Positions 9,474 through 19,858 are shown, counted from the stretch's first letter. The stretch: DNA of 64,000 nucleotides from Candidatus Obscuribacterales bacterium (GCA_965228855.1 CBDDIJ010000003.1:2464001-2528000), one strand, 5' to 3'. Notes: generated by a model not told the origin, from the sequence alone. Numbers and translations are program-made.

Positions 9474-12400
9474 ATGAGCTGTCACGAGTATAGATATCTA
9501 ATCCAACACAGGTTCGACGAGGACCTTGACGCCGACGAAGTTGAGTCGGTAGATGATCACATCGATCAGTGTGAGTCATGCCAGAAGTTTGAGCATCAAC
9601 TAGATCAGATGATCCAGGGCGCTGAGGAAATGCCCCTACCGGAGGAGCTGACTCCGCCCAATCCGGAAGCTCTTGCCAAAATGGTCCAGGACAAATTGCC
9701 GCAACAGAAGTCTTCGGTGTTCTCGATGTTCACCGAAATGTTCAGCGGCGGAAACAAGCAAGCCTCGCGGGGCAACAAAGCTTCCAAAGACAAAACCGAG
9801 TTTCCGAAACGTGGAAAGTCGGTCGCCAACAAGCGCGAATCTAGATCGGCAGAGGATAACGAAAGCGAAGAAGCAATGTCCGGCAGGCTGAAGTCACTCG
9901 CTCGCGAGCCTGACGAAAGTCGCGATTTGCAGTCCACCACCAGAGGTCTTGGTGAGAAATTCGGATTCGCAAACGCTCCCACAAGCGAGGCGAACGCCGC
10001 ACCGCTGACACTGGCAGAATCTATTCGCAGGAAAATCTCCGAATCGCAGAAATTGTCTGTCGAAGACGAAGGAGACATGACATCGGACGACCGCCTCACG
10101 GCTCCGACTCCGCCCCCAGGAATTGCGCAAACAAACGCGCCTCCGCCTGGTATCGCACAGACCGGAGGTGATCAGTGGAATGCTCCGATGAAGATATCGG
10201 GTCAGGCTCAGCCGGACGCCGGCTGGACTCCCGGTGGAGCACAACCTAATTCATGGACACCGAATCAAAATCAATCGCCGCCTTCAAGTCATCCGGGCAG
10301 CGCTATTGGACTTGCTGCGCCCGGTTCGGAGAGTGGATGGAACGAAGATAAGCGCCCTCCTCGCGGGACCAATGCCGGCGACGAGAACGCAGGCTGGGGA
10401 CCTCCCCCGGCAGGTGGTGCATGGGAAGATCCATCGGGCGGCGGTGGCGCTCAGCCACCAGCCGGACAGGAAGGCTGGGGCGCAGGAGCTTCATCGAGCT
10501 GGGCAACCTCGCCATCGCCAACGCAGCCAGGAGCCGATCAATTTGGAAGCGGCGGCTGGAATGTCCCATCAGCAAAAGAGAATCAAACTAGCGGTGCTGC
10601 TCCGGCCCCCGCGGCACCAGCTCCAGGCTGGGGTGGCGGCGGCGCTGGATCTGCGGACGGATGGGGAGGCGGCGGAAATGCTGCAGCTCCGGCCGGCGCT
10701 GGCGCAGTCAACTCCTGGGGAGCACCTCCATCCGGAGCTGCTCAAGGTCAGCAAGGCGGCTGGTCTGATGGCGGCGGCGGCAGTGCTGGTGGAGCATCGT
10801 GGGATGCAGGCAAATCAGACACGGCATCGGGCTCCTGGGCACCGACTAACACGCCACCTGCTGCAGCCGGCGATTCTTGGTCAGCAGGAGGCGGTAACGA
10901 CAGCTGGGGGGCACCCAACAACCAACAAGGCGGCGGAGCTGCTGACAGTTGGGGAGGAGCTCCCGGCGCCGAGCAACAATCGAATTCATGGGGTAATGGA
11001 GCCGCAGCGCAGGCTCCAGCACCAGCGCCGACTCCGGCGCCAGCACCGGCGCCAGCCAATGACGCAGGCTGGGGACAGCCAGCCGGTGGCGGCGATCAGG
11101 GCGGCTGGGGTTCAGGCAGTGGTCAATCCTGGGGCGGAGCTCCGGCGGCCCAAGCTCCAGCACCTCAAGCACCAGCACAACCAGCGGACCAGGGTGGCTG
11201 GGGAGCACCGGCGGCAGCCACACCAGCATCGAATCCCGGCGGAGGCTGGGGCGGTGCGCAGGGAGGAGGCGGAGAAGGTGGTTGGGGCTCAACCCCGTCT
11301 GCAGCTCCACCAGCGTCTGCAGCTCCGGGCGCGACAGCATCCGGCGATTGGACGGCTACTTCCGGTGGTGAGACTACCGGAGGATGGGGAGGCGCGGCAG
11401 CACCTGCGCCGGCAAAACAACCTGAGGGCGGAGCACCCGGTTGGGGCGCAAGCGCCAGCCAGGGAGGCTGGGACACGCAACCATGGGACGATAAGTCAGA
11501 AGCTAAACAACGTGGCAACTGGTCCATAGAAGCAGAACAGATGGAGACGGGGACCTGGAGCAGCTACAGTGGCGCTCAGGCAGCCACGGGCGGTAACGCA
11601 CTGGGCGCAAAGCCGCCCGCGCAGGCCGGACAAATGTCCAGCGAAATGTCTCAAGATCGCTGGGACACTCCGATTCAAGAACGCGGAGCACCAGCTGCTC
11701 CAGCGGCAGCCCAAGCAGCCGGCGAAAGTCATTGGGATGTGCCGATTCAAGAAAAGTTGAAAGGAAAGACGGATCCAGGCGCGGCACCACCGGCGGCACC
11801 AGCTGCACCGGGATGGGGAGCTCCCGCAGCAGCACCGGCAGCACCGGCAGCAGCTCAAGGAGCGGGCGAAAGCCATTGGGACCTTCCAATCCAGGAGAAG
11901 TTGAAACAACAGCAAGCCGGCGGAGCGGCACCATACGAAAACACGCCGCCCCAACCGTTCGGACAACCACCTGCCCCAGCGGATTCGTTCGGCGGTTCGA
12001 CAGGAGCACCGCCATCATTTGGAGCGCCTCCCGGTGCACCGGCCGCGCCACCAGCATTTGGTGCTGCGCCAGGGGCACCGTCAGCAACTCCGGCATTCGG
12101 AGCGGCCCCCGGCGCACCAGCTGCGCCACCAGCATTCGGTGGAGCACCTTCGGATAACGCCTTTGGCGCGCCGCCGGCATTCGGCGCTGCACCCGGCGCT
12201 CCAGCATCACCACCGGCATTCGGTCAGCCGCCAGCAGACACGACACCTCCGGCGTTCGGTGCACCACCGGCGCCATCTTTCGGTGGAGCACCAGCGCCTG
12301 CAGCACCGGCTCCAGCCGCTCCAGCTCCAGCAGCCGCATCCGGCGGCGCAGGATTGTTCTCGAAACCTCTAGACGACAGTGCCATGGATCAAATTTTCGA

Positions 12401-14081
12401 TGGTCTCGGCATTAAGGAAAGCGGCGTCCAACCAGTTCAATCTGCGCCCGCAGCGGCTCCACAACAAGCGACCCTGCAACAGGCGCCTAATGTGCCACCA
12501 CCGGCACAGGCTCCGGCACCAGGTGGATGGGGAACACCTCCAGCACCGGCAGCTCCAGCTGCAGGAGGATGGGGAGCGCCTCCGGCACCAGCAGGAGTTC
12601 CGGACACAATGTCGTTTGCACCGGAAGTTCAGGCTCAAGCTGAAGCCCCCAGACTCACAGCTATTCCTCCGAAGGCTCCAACAACCGAAACGCAAGCACC
12701 ACTTCCAGCTCCGGCACCACCGGCGATGCCAGGAATGCCGGCACCTTCGGCCGCACCACAGGTCGCCCCCGTCCAATCTAAGAAAGCGGGCGGCGGAATG
12801 TTCTCGCTGGACGACGATGCAGTCGATCAAATCTTCGCGAAAATCGGTGTCGAAGAATCTTCGATTCCGGTCAACCAGGGCGCAGCAGCTCCGGCAATGC
12901 CAGCCGCAGCAGCGCAAATGCCGGCAGCAGCGGCCGCAACGCCGGCGCCACCGGCGATGCAATCAATGCCTGCCCCTCCAGCCATGACACCGCCGGCACT
13001 GGGTCAGCCTCCGGCTCCGAGCGGCATGGCGCCACCACCAGCGATGCCGAATTCAGGTGCGCCACCAGCTTTTGGCATGGCACCACCGGCAGGCATGACA
13101 CCGCCCGGCGGAATGGCTCCTCCAGCAGGTTTTGGAGCTCCTCCAGGAGGTATGCCGGCGGCACCGATGCCACCACAAATGCCAGCAGCACCAGCGGCGG
13201 CACCACAGCAAAACAAATCCGGACTGTTCCAGGTCGATGATAAAGACATGGACAGCTTATTCGACAAAGTTCTTCTCAATCCTGGCTCCGAAGGCGCTAC
13301 AGCCGCTGTCAGCGCCCCTGCGCCGCAAGCCCCTGTGGGCGCCGCTCCGCCTCCTGGATTTGGCGCACCGCCGGCTCCGCAAGCAGGCAACGGTCAGTAC
13401 CCTCAGCAAGGAGCGATGCCGGCAATGCCTCCAGCGATGCCGGGGATGCCACCCGCCATGCCCGGCATGGGAATGCCCGGAATGGCCCCTGCCCCAGCTC
13501 CTGCTCCGGCGCCGGAACCGCCGGCAGCAGCAGTGGCTCACGTGCCACAATCAAATTTGCCACCACCAAAAATTGAAGGTATCGGTAAACTTGACGCAAG
13601 CGCTGATGTTGCGGAGACAGGCTCCGGAAGAATTGCGGCAATCGGCAAATTCTTGCTGGACCAGAAAGATCTGGAGAAGCTCAGCAAGATCACTGCCGCC
13701 GATCAGCAAGATATAAAAATGCGCATCCTCACGCTCGAAGCATCTGAGGATCTGCAAACTCTCTTGAGCGAAATCGGCGGACAAGAGAAGGTCATTGGTT
13801 CAGTTATCGTCGGACACGACGGTCTCTTGATTGCCAACACGATGCCGGAAGAAGTGGATGCTGAGTCAATCGGCGTATGGGCTCTGGGTGTCTATATGAA
13901 CACTGAGCACGTGACAAAGAAAATGGGTCACGAGCGCGTGCACCAGGTCGTCTCACGAACACCTCGGGGTTACGTGGTTATCGCGGACTTCGGTGGCGGC
14001 TTGCTCGTCACGATTACCGAAGGAACCGACACTGACACCTTGATTCCACTGATGCGCAAGATCACCGATCTGGTTTCCTAG
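9474..14081 (+). CDS. 1535-aa protein: N-terminal zf-HC2 (ZAS) anti-sigma zinc finger, ~1300-aa low-complexity region, C-terminal Roadblock/LC7 (MglB-like) domain
   Basis: MSCHEYRYLIQHRFDEDL...DHIDQCESC (C...HxxxCxxC); C-terminus LQTLLSEI...VIGSVIVGHDGLLIA...G.....QVV..T..G.VVI......LLV; no transmembrane segment seen. Confidence 0.88.
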   Translation: MSCHEYRYLIQHRFDEDLDADEVESVDDHIDQCESCQKFEHQLDQMIQGAEEMPLPEELTPPNPEALAKMVQDKLPQQKSSVFSMFTEMFSGGNKQASRGNKASKDKTEFPKRGKSVANKRESRSAEDNESEEAMSGRLKSLAREPDESRDLQSTTRGLGEKFGFANAPTSEANAAPLTLAESIRRKISESQKLSVEDEGDMTSDDRLTAPTPPPGIAQTNAPPPGIAQTGGDQWNAPMKISGQAQPDAGWTPGGAQPNSWTPNQNQSPPSSHPGSAIGLAAPGSESGWNEDKRPPRGTNAGDENAGWGPPPAGGAWEDPSGGGGAQPPAGQEGWGAGASSSWATSPSPTQPGADQFGSGGWNVPSAKENQTSGAAPAPAAPAPGWGGGGAGSADGWGGGGNAAAPAGAGAVNSWGAPPSGAAQGQQGGWSDGGGGSAGGASWDAGKSDTASGSWAPTNTPPAAAGDSWSAGGGNDSWGAPNNQQGGGAADSWGGAPGAEQQSNSWGNGAAAQAPAPAPTPAPAPAPANDAGWGQPAGGGDQGGWGSGSGQSWGGAPAAQAPAPQAPAQPADQGGWGAPAAATPASNPGGGWGGAQGGGGEGGWGSTPSAAPPASAAPGATASGDWTATSGGETTGGWGGAAAPAPAKQPEGGAPGWGASASQGGWDTQPWDDKSEAKQRGNWSIEAEQMETGTWSSYSGAQAATGGNALGAKPPAQAGQMSSEMSQDRWDTPIQERGAPAAPAAAQAAGESHWDVPIQEKLKGKTDPGAAPPAAPAAPGWGAPAAAPAAPAAAQGAGESHWDLPIQEKLKQQQAGGAAPYENTPPQPFGQPPAPADSFGGSTGAPPSFGAPPGAPAAPPAFGAAPGAPSATPAFGAAPGAPAAPPAFGGAPSDNAFGAPPAFGAAPGAPASPPAFGQPPADTTPPAFGAPPAPSFGGAPAPAAPAPAAPAPAAASGGAGLFSKPLDDSAMDQIFDGLGIKESGVQPVQSAPAAAPQQATLQQAPNVPPPAQAPAPGGWGTPPAPAAPAAGGWGAPPAPAGVPDTMSFAPEVQAQAEAPRLTAIPPKAPTTETQAPLPAPAPPAMPGMPAPSAAPQVAPVQSKKAGGGMFSLDDDAVDQIFAKIGVEESSIPVNQGAAAPAMPAAAAQMPAAAAATPAPPAMQSMPAPPAMTPPALGQPPAPSGMAPPPAMPNSGAPPAFGMAPPAGMTPPGGMAPPAGFGAPPGGMPAAPMPPQMPAAPAAAPQQNKSGLFQVDDKDMDSLFDKVLLNPGSEGATAAVSAPAPQAPVGAAPPPGFGAPPAPQAGNGQYPQQGAMPAMPPAMPGMPPAMPGMGMPGMAPAPAPAPAPEPPAAAVAHVPQSNLPPPKIEGIGKLDASADVAETGSGRIAAIGKFLLDQKDLEKLSKITAADQQDIKMRILTLEASEDLQTLLSEIGGQEKVIGSVIVGHDGLLIANTMPEEVDAESIGVWALGVYMNTEHVTKKMGHERVHQVVSRTPRGYVVIADFGGGLLVTITEGTDTDTLIPLMRKITDLVS
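10170..11906 (+). repeat. GW/WG/SW sticker block (>30 Trp in Gly/Ala/Pro/Ser spacers) including three WDxPIQE motifs
   Basis: GWG, SWG, GGWG recur throughout; GESHWD(V/L)PIQEKLK duplicated at about 11720 and 11865. Confidence 0.85.
11955..12290 (+). repeat. xxFG block with ~13-aa (39-bp) GAPxxPPAFGAAP units
   Basis: About 11 FG dipeptides in (P/N)AFG, PSFG or similar context. Confidence 0.85.
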
Positions 14082-14118
14082 CAAGCCAATAGATTCAATC
14101 GAAATTTGAACAACTTGA

Positions 14119-14146
14119 AAAGGTTCATCAGTCTGATGAACCTTTC
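14119..14146. terminator. Bidirectional terminator-like palindrome between convergent genes
   Basis: AAAGGTTCATCAG-t-CTGATGAACCTTT. Confidence 0.75.
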
Positions 14147-14188
14147 TTGCATTTCAATACCTGGTGATACCAAATTGAGCGCAACTTC

Positions 14189-16123
14189 TCAGGTCTGAAC
14201 AGCGTCATCATCGTCGTCGATATCCCAGTCTGCGGGAATAGTGAACCAGAAACGGCTTCCGATTTCACAATCGCAATCGACGCCTATCGAACCTTTATGC
14301 TGCTCGACTATCGCTTTGCAGATAGCCAGACCCAGCCCTGTCCCGCCTTTGTGTCCACTCTCGTCCTTCACCTGTTGAAAGCGTTCAAAAATAATGTCAC
14401 GATAGAGCGGAGGGATACCGGGTCCCTGGTCCACGACTGAAAGCTCTAAAATGTTCTCGCCGCCAGACTTTGCGCTGCTGCGTTCCTGGCTTGTAATTGT
14501 GATCTCTCCTCCCTCAGGAGTAAATTTCAAGGCATTCGAGAGGAAGTTAACCAGTACTTGCACGATCCTATCCTGATCGAAGTAATAGGTATTTTCAGGC
14601 ATCTCAGCAATTTCGATCTTAATTTTCTTCTTGTCTGCAAGGTCATTAACAGCATCGACAGCCCGTTTTACAGTCTCGCCGACATCGCAGTCATCCGGTG
14701 TCAGGCTAATCGTTCCCGACTCAATCTTTTCCAGATCCAGCAAATCATTTATAAGCGTGATCAGCCGTTCAATATTTGCAGAGGCGCGAACAGAACCGTC
14801 TCGAGCCTCATTCGAGAGGTCACCAAAGACACCCATTTCGAGGAGTTCTAAAAAGCCCTGCACCGAATTTAGTGGCGTCCTTAATTCATGACTCACCATC
14901 GCAACGAAGGCTTGACGCATTCGCAGAATTTCCAGTTTTTCCGTGATGTCCAAAAGGGTGATAAGAAATCGCTTTTCACCCTTTATATCAAAGGGAGTAA
15001 TTGAAAGATCAACATCTACTTGTGTGTTAGAACTTGTGGTCGCACGGACTTCCATAGACTTATCTTTTAATTCGTTGTAGAGGTGAGGCATACCTCCTCC
15101 CTCTTCGCCTCTCCGAAGATCCACTGTCGGCAATAGTTTCGAGAAGTGCATTCCTCTAAGATCCGAAGTGCTGTAGCCGAACATAGATGAAACTCGGGGG
15201 TTGGCAAATAAAATCGTCCCACCTCGATCGGTAGAGAGGACGCCAGTCGGCATGCTGTTTATGACCTGGCGGATTCTCGCCTCTGCGTCTTTAGCGTCGT
15301 TCAAAGCAAGCTGCTCCTTACGAGCAGCCTCGGTTAGTTCAAAAGCCATGTCATGAAATACGCGGTCAAGCTGAGCGATTTCATCGTTTCCTGCGAGTCG
15401 AGGACGAAGCGCCTCCCTGGCTTGCAGACGCCTGGTGTTATCGACAAGAACGGCAAGCCTTGTAATAATACTGCGCGTAAAAAATGAAGCGATAGCGATC
15501 GCTATCACCACATTCAATACCAACCCCCAGGTCAAAAGTTTTTTAGTCTCTTCGCGCCACTTCCGTTGCAGAGCAGGCGATTTTTCTTCTATTCGTCGTT
15601 CGGCCCGCAACAGGTCCTGGAAATCGGGTATGAGCTGGCGGTTTAGCTGTTGAAACTCGCCTTTGCTCTTCATTATGTCGGCTAATTCTAAAAGCGATCC
15701 GTTGCCATCAATAACATCTCGTGCGCGGTCCGCAACACTGAAGGCAATGTTGAACTTACTTCGAATCCTGTGGACGAGCTCCAGCTGATATGGCTCTGTT
15801 TTAAGAGACTTCTCCAGGACATCGAGACTTCGCTTCATCTCCTTGACGGACGCATCATACTTGCGCTCGTGGTATCGATCTTTAGTTGCTACGTAATCCC
15901 GAATGGCATAGACGGCAACATAGTTTAATTCGATCAATCGATTAGTGGCGCCAATGATTTTGCGAAAGTGCTCCTGACTGCGAGCCTCCACTTCCGCTGC
16001 ATGCAGCAGGTTCAACAGACTGCCGACAAAGACGAATTCAATCGCGAGCAGGGCGATAACAAGTAACAAGCCTTGATGGCTCAGCTTAAGGCTAAATGCT
16101 GGCTTTTGTTCGTTATCGGACAT
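14189..16123 (-). CDS. Membrane sensor histidine kinase (periplasmic helical sensor, HAMP, PAS, HisKA, HATPase)
   Basis: Two TM segments, GNDEIAQL (HAMP), VSHELRTPL (H box), NFLSNALKF, DQGPGI, GTGLGLAIC. Confidence 0.95.
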   Translation of the reverse strand: MSDNEQKPAFSLKLSHQGLLLVIALLAIEFVFVGSLLNLLHAAEVEARSQEHFRKIIGATNRLIELNYVAVYAIRDYVATKDRYHERKYDASVKEMKRSLDVLEKSLKTEPYQLELVHRIRSKFNIAFSVADRARDVIDGNGSLLELADIMKSKGEFQQLNRQLIPDFQDLLRAERRIEEKSPALQRKWREETKKLLTWGLVLNVVIAIAIASFFTRSIITRLAVLVDNTRRLQAREALRPRLAGNDEIAQLDRVFHDMAFELTEAARKEQLALNDAKDAEARIRQVINSMPTGVLSTDRGGTILFANPRVSSMFGYSTSDLRGMHFSKLLPTVDLRRGEEGGGMPHLYNELKDKSMEVRATTSSNTQVDVDLSITPFDIKGEKRFLITLLDITEKLEILRMRQAFVAMVSHELRTPLNSVQGFLELLEMGVFGDLSNEARDGSVRASANIERLITLINDLLDLEKIESGTISLTPDDCDVGETVKRAVDAVNDLADKKKIKIEIAEMPENTYYFDQDRIVQVLVNFLSNALKFTPEGGEITITSQERSSAKSGGENILELSVVDQGPGIPPLYRDIIFERFQQVKDESGHKGGTGLGLAICKAIVEQHKGSIGVDCDCEIGSRFWFTIPADWDIDDDDDAVQT

Positions 16124-16229
16124 CGCTTGTGCTCTGCGATTCGAAACGACATGGACTTAAATTGTTTGAATTGTGATTCGAACGAGTGATATCAGGTCAG
16201 TGTCAATCTCGATCAAAACCAGCAATCGC

Positions 16230-16913
16230 TCACGAATTCTTGGTCTCAGTCTCTAACATATATCCCACTCCGTGCACCGTCCTAATCAAAGTGCCCTCGG
16301 GATCAATCTTCTTACGCAGACGCTTCATCGTGGTTCGAAGAGCCTGGGATGCAGAGCTTGAGGTGTTCGGCCAGATCCGATTCAGCAAAGCCTCCGCGCT
16401 GAACACCTGATTAGGATGTCGCATAAAGAATTCGAGCAACTGAAATTCACGGTTGACCAGCTGGATAACCTCGCCGCCTTTGGTGACTTGAAACTTAGAG
16501 GTGTCGAGCGTCACGCCGGCGACAGAGATAGTGTTGTTTCCAGCAATCGGCGGTGGACGACGCAGCAAGGCCCTTATCCGTGCTCCAAGCTCCTTCATGT
16601 GAAATGGCTTTGTCACGTAATCATCGGCTCCGGCGTCGAGCCCCTTCTCTTTTTCCTCCACCGAATTTTGCCCGGTAAGAATCAACACAGGTGTCCTGCT
16701 GCCGGATTCACGCAAACCCTTGAGCACATCAATGCCGCTCAGATCAGGCAGACCCAGGTCGAGCACGATAACGTCGTAATCGTAGGTTTTCACCCGCGAC
16801 AAGCCTTCACGTCCATTGAACACATTTTCGACTTCGTAGTGCTCAAAGAGCAAATAACTCCTCACGACCTGCGCGAGGTCTTCGTTGTCTTCGACTACGA
16901 GGATTTTTGTCAT
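16230..16913 (-). CDS. OmpR/PhoB-family response regulator
   Basis: MTKILVVED, VLDLGLP, GADDYVTKPF, C-terminal wHTH RTVHGVGY; start trimmed from 16994 to the ATG at 16913. Confidence 0.95.
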   Translation of the reverse strand: MTKILVVEDNEDLAQVVRSYLLFEHYEVENVFNGREGLSRVKTYDYDVIVLDLGLPDLSGIDVLKGLRESGSRTPVLILTGQNSVEEKEKGLDAGADDYVTKPFHMKELGARIRALLRRPPPIAGNNTISVAGVTLDTSKFQVTKGGEVIQLVNREFQLLEFFMRHPNQVFSAEALLNRIWPNTSSSASQALRTTMKRLRKKIDPEGTLIRTVHGVGYMLETETKNS

Positions 16914-16999
16914 CGGACTCTCACTACCAGTGATACCATTCGAAGGGTTCGATCGTCTGCTGAATTGCGATTCTGAATCCAGCTTCCATGCCACCAGAT

Positions 17000-17467
17000 T
17001 TAATGGCAGTAGTTTACACCATTCTTTTCGAAGTATTTCTGGTGATACTCCTCCGCCTTGTAGAAAGGCTGTGCCGGAGTGATTTGCGTCACGATCGGTT
17101 TAGAAAACGTATTTGATTTATCAAGACGTTCCTTGATCTCAGTCGCAACTTTCTTCTGCTCGTCGTTGTGATAAAAAATCGCAGAGCGATATTGGTCGCC
17201 GATGTCCGGTCCCTGACGATTCAACTGCGTCGGGTCGTGCATGTCGAAGAACTTCTCGACTAACGCGGAAAAGGAAACCACCGCTGGATCGTAGTGGACC
17301 TCCACGACTTCGGCATGACCGGTCGCTTTGCTGCAAACGTCACGGTAGGTAGGGTTTTCAGTATGTCCACCCTCATATCCGCAGAAGGCCTCTTTTACGC
17401 CGGCAATTTTTCGGAATTCGTGCTCCACACCCCAAAAGCAACCGGCGCCAAACGTTGCAACGTCCAT
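17000..17467 (-). CDS. msrA: Peptide-methionine (S)-S-oxide reductase
   Basis: [33 protein letters not shown]. Confidence 0.97.
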   Translation of the reverse strand: MDVATFGAGCFWGVEHEFRKIAGVKEAFCGYEGGHTENPTYRDVCSKATGHAEVVEVHYDPAVVSFSALVEKFFDMHDPTQLNRQGPDIGDQYRSAIFYHNDEQKKVATEIKERLDKSNTFSKPIVTQITPAQPFYKAEEYHQKYFEKNGVNYCH

Positions 17468-17633
17468 ATTTACAGTCCTCCCACACGACTCTGTTGAGTC
17501 TAATAGATTTTACCCGACTGGCGGGACACATTCACGCACCGACTTGAGACGAAGGGCAGCGCCAATGCACTGCCCCTCGAAATCATCTGTTTAAACCGAG
17601 TCTGCATTGCAGAATCGCGTCAGCCTTACGCGC

Positions 17634-19562
17634 TTAAGATTGAACTTCAGCGTCGATGATGTCGTCGGCATCAGAGGCGGAACGAGAACCAGCGCTATTG
17701 CCGTTTGAAGCAGAAGGTCCGGCGCCGTTTCCAGCAGCAGCACCTGCTCCGACCGGTTGTCTCGACTGGATGTCTTGTTGAATCAGGACTTCCAATCCAC
17801 GCAGCTCGTTCATCAAGTTTTTGATCTCGTCTGCTTTCGGCTCCGGTGCGGCAGTCTTTTTGCGGATATCGGCAATCAGCGTTTCAGCTTTGGATTTGTT
17901 TCCATCACTGACGGCGTCGCCTGCTTCCTTGAGAGCTCGCTCCATGCCGTAGCACATCGAATCGGCTTCGTTTCTGAGTTCGATGTTCTCTTTGCGGACT
18001 TTGTCCTCTTCAGAATGGCTCTCGGCTTCACGAACGAGGCGATCGACATCATCTTTCGACAAGTTAGTCGAAGCGGTGATCGTGATCTTCTGTTCTTTAC
18101 CGGTGTTTTGATCTTTAGCAGAAACCGATACGATGCCGTTTGCGTCGATATCGAATGAAACTTCGATACGAGGCATACCTCTTTGTGCAGCCGCGATTCC
18201 GTCGAGACGGAAGTTGCCGAGCATTTTGTTATCGCGTGCCAGGGGTCTTTCACCTTGGAAAACGTAAACATCAACGCCAGGCTGATTATCTTCAGCCGTC
18301 GAGAAGATCTCGGATTTGTGGCACGGGATGGTTGTGTTTCGCTCCACCAGCTTGGTGAAGACACCACCCATGGTTTCAATACCGAGCGAGAGCGGGGTGA
18401 CGTCGAGCAGCACCACTTCTTTTACTTCACCAGCGAGAACGCCGGCCTGTACAGCAGCACCAATCGCGACGACCTCGTCCGGGTTCACGCTCTGGTTCGG
18501 TTCCTTACCGCCTGTGAGACTCTTAACGAGCTCTTTCACTGCCGGAATACGAGTCGAACCACCAACGAGAACGACCTCGTCGATTTGCTCATAGGTCAAT
18601 TCAGCATCTTTCATGGCTTGCTCTACCGGCTTGCGGCAGCGCTCGACCAGGTCATGCGTTAGTTCGTTGAACTGAGCTCTGGAAAGGCGCATATCGAGGT
18701 GTTTCGGACCAGTTTCATTAGCCGTGACAAATGGCAACGAAATTGTGGTCTCAGCAACCGACGAAAGTTCGATTTTTGCTTTTTCAGCCGCTTCGGTCAA
18801 ACGTTGCAAGGCTTGCGGGTCCTTGCGCAGGTCAATGCCGTCAGACTTTTTGAATTCATCGGCAATCCATTCGACAACTGCGTGGTCGAAGTCATCACCA
18901 CCCAGGTGGGTGTCGCCGGAAGTCGACTTAACTTCGAAAACCCCCTCGCCGACTTCGAGAATCGATACGTCGAATGTACCGCCACCAAGGTCGAATACGA
19001 GAATTGTTTCGTCGGCTTTCTTATCGAGCCCGTATGCAAGCGCTGCGGCTGTCGGTTCGTTGATGATCCGAAGTACATCCAGACCAGCAATCGCCCCGGC
19101 GTTTTTCGTCGCCTGTCTCTGTGAGTCGTTGAAGTAAGCCGGCACGGTGATGACAGCTGACTCGACCTTCTCACCCAGATACTTTTCGGCGTCTTCTTTG
19201 AGCTTGCGAAGAACCATTGCGGAGATTTCTTCCGGCGCATAGTCCTTGCCGCCGATGCTTACTTTGCAACTTTCGTCCGGTCCTTTAACGACACGATACG
19301 AGACTTTCGATCTTTCCGATTCGACTTCATCGTAACGGCGACCGATGAAACGCTTAATCGAATAAACCGTTTGTTGTGGGTTGACGACGGCCTGTCTTCT
19401 TGCCAATTGTCCAACCAGGCGCTCTCCGTTCTTGGAGAATGCGACCACGGACGGTGTGGTTCTTCCACCTTCAGCGTTGGCGATGACGGTCGGCTGTCCA
19501 CCTTCCATGACGGCGACTACCGAGTTTGTAGTACCCAAGTCAATTCCTACGGATTTTCCCAT
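17634..19562 (-). CDS. dnaK: Molecular chaperone DnaK (Hsp70)
   Basis: [43 protein letters not shown], terminal IIDAEV. Confidence 0.98.
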   Translation of the reverse strand: MGKSVGIDLGTTNSVVAVMEGGQPTVIANAEGGRTTPSVVAFSKNGERLVGQLARRQAVVNPQQTVYSIKRFIGRRYDEVESERSKVSYRVVKGPDESCKVSIGGKDYAPEEISAMVLRKLKEDAEKYLGEKVESAVITVPAYFNDSQRQATKNAGAIAGLDVLRIINEPTAAALAYGLDKKADETILVFDLGGGTFDVSILEVGEGVFEVKSTSGDTHLGGDDFDHAVVEWIADEFKKSDGIDLRKDPQALQRLTEAAEKAKIELSSVAETTISLPFVTANETGPKHLDMRLSRAQFNELTHDLVERCRKPVEQAMKDAELTYEQIDEVVLVGGSTRIPAVKELVKSLTGGKEPNQSVNPDEVVAIGAAVQAGVLAGEVKEVVLLDVTPLSLGIETMGGVFTKLVERNTTIPCHKSEIFSTAEDNQPGVDVYVFQGERPLARDNKMLGNFRLDGIAAAQRGMPRIEVSFDIDANGIVSVSAKDQNTGKEQKITITASTNLSKDDVDRLVREAESHSEEDKVRKENIELRNEADSMCYGMERALKEAGDAVSDGNKSKAETLIADIRKKTAAPEPKADEIKNLMNELRGLEVLIQQDIQSRQPVGAGAAAGNGAGPSASNGNSAGSRSASDADDIIDAEVQS

Positions 19563-19858
19563 GTATATTCGCCCCCTGTGCGATTCCTTACTAATTCCGG
19601 CTTCTGAAAAAAGCGGCAGCTATCTAGGCGCCAGCTTTGTCAGGAAGTCGGTGTTTTGAAGCGACTTAATATTCCTGCGAGTCAAAAATTGACGCACCTA
19701 ACTCTCAATGTATAAAACGCTCAAACGCATACCCCAAAACTCTATCTTTCCTTAATCATCTATTGCGCTAAAGTCGGGTTTGGCTAATACTTTCAGTTCC
19801 CACTGAAAACAACCCTTCAGCGGCGCCATAGCCTGATTATGCAAGGAAACCTTTATCG

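Noticed and set aside
10170..11906. Argonaute-linked function for the GW/WG repeats
   Set aside because: No Argonaute gene in the window; the resemblance is compositional only.
10234..13716. Many long alternative-frame and antisense ORFs (e.g. 431 aa at 10234-11529)
   Set aside because: Expected from GC-rich Gly/Ala/Pro codons lacking stops; no RBS or domain signal.
19670..19730. CIRCE/HAIR/CtsR operator upstream of dnaK
   Set aside because: Only half-sites and a short GTCAA-aaa-TTGAC palindrome; spacing does not fit the known consensus sequences.
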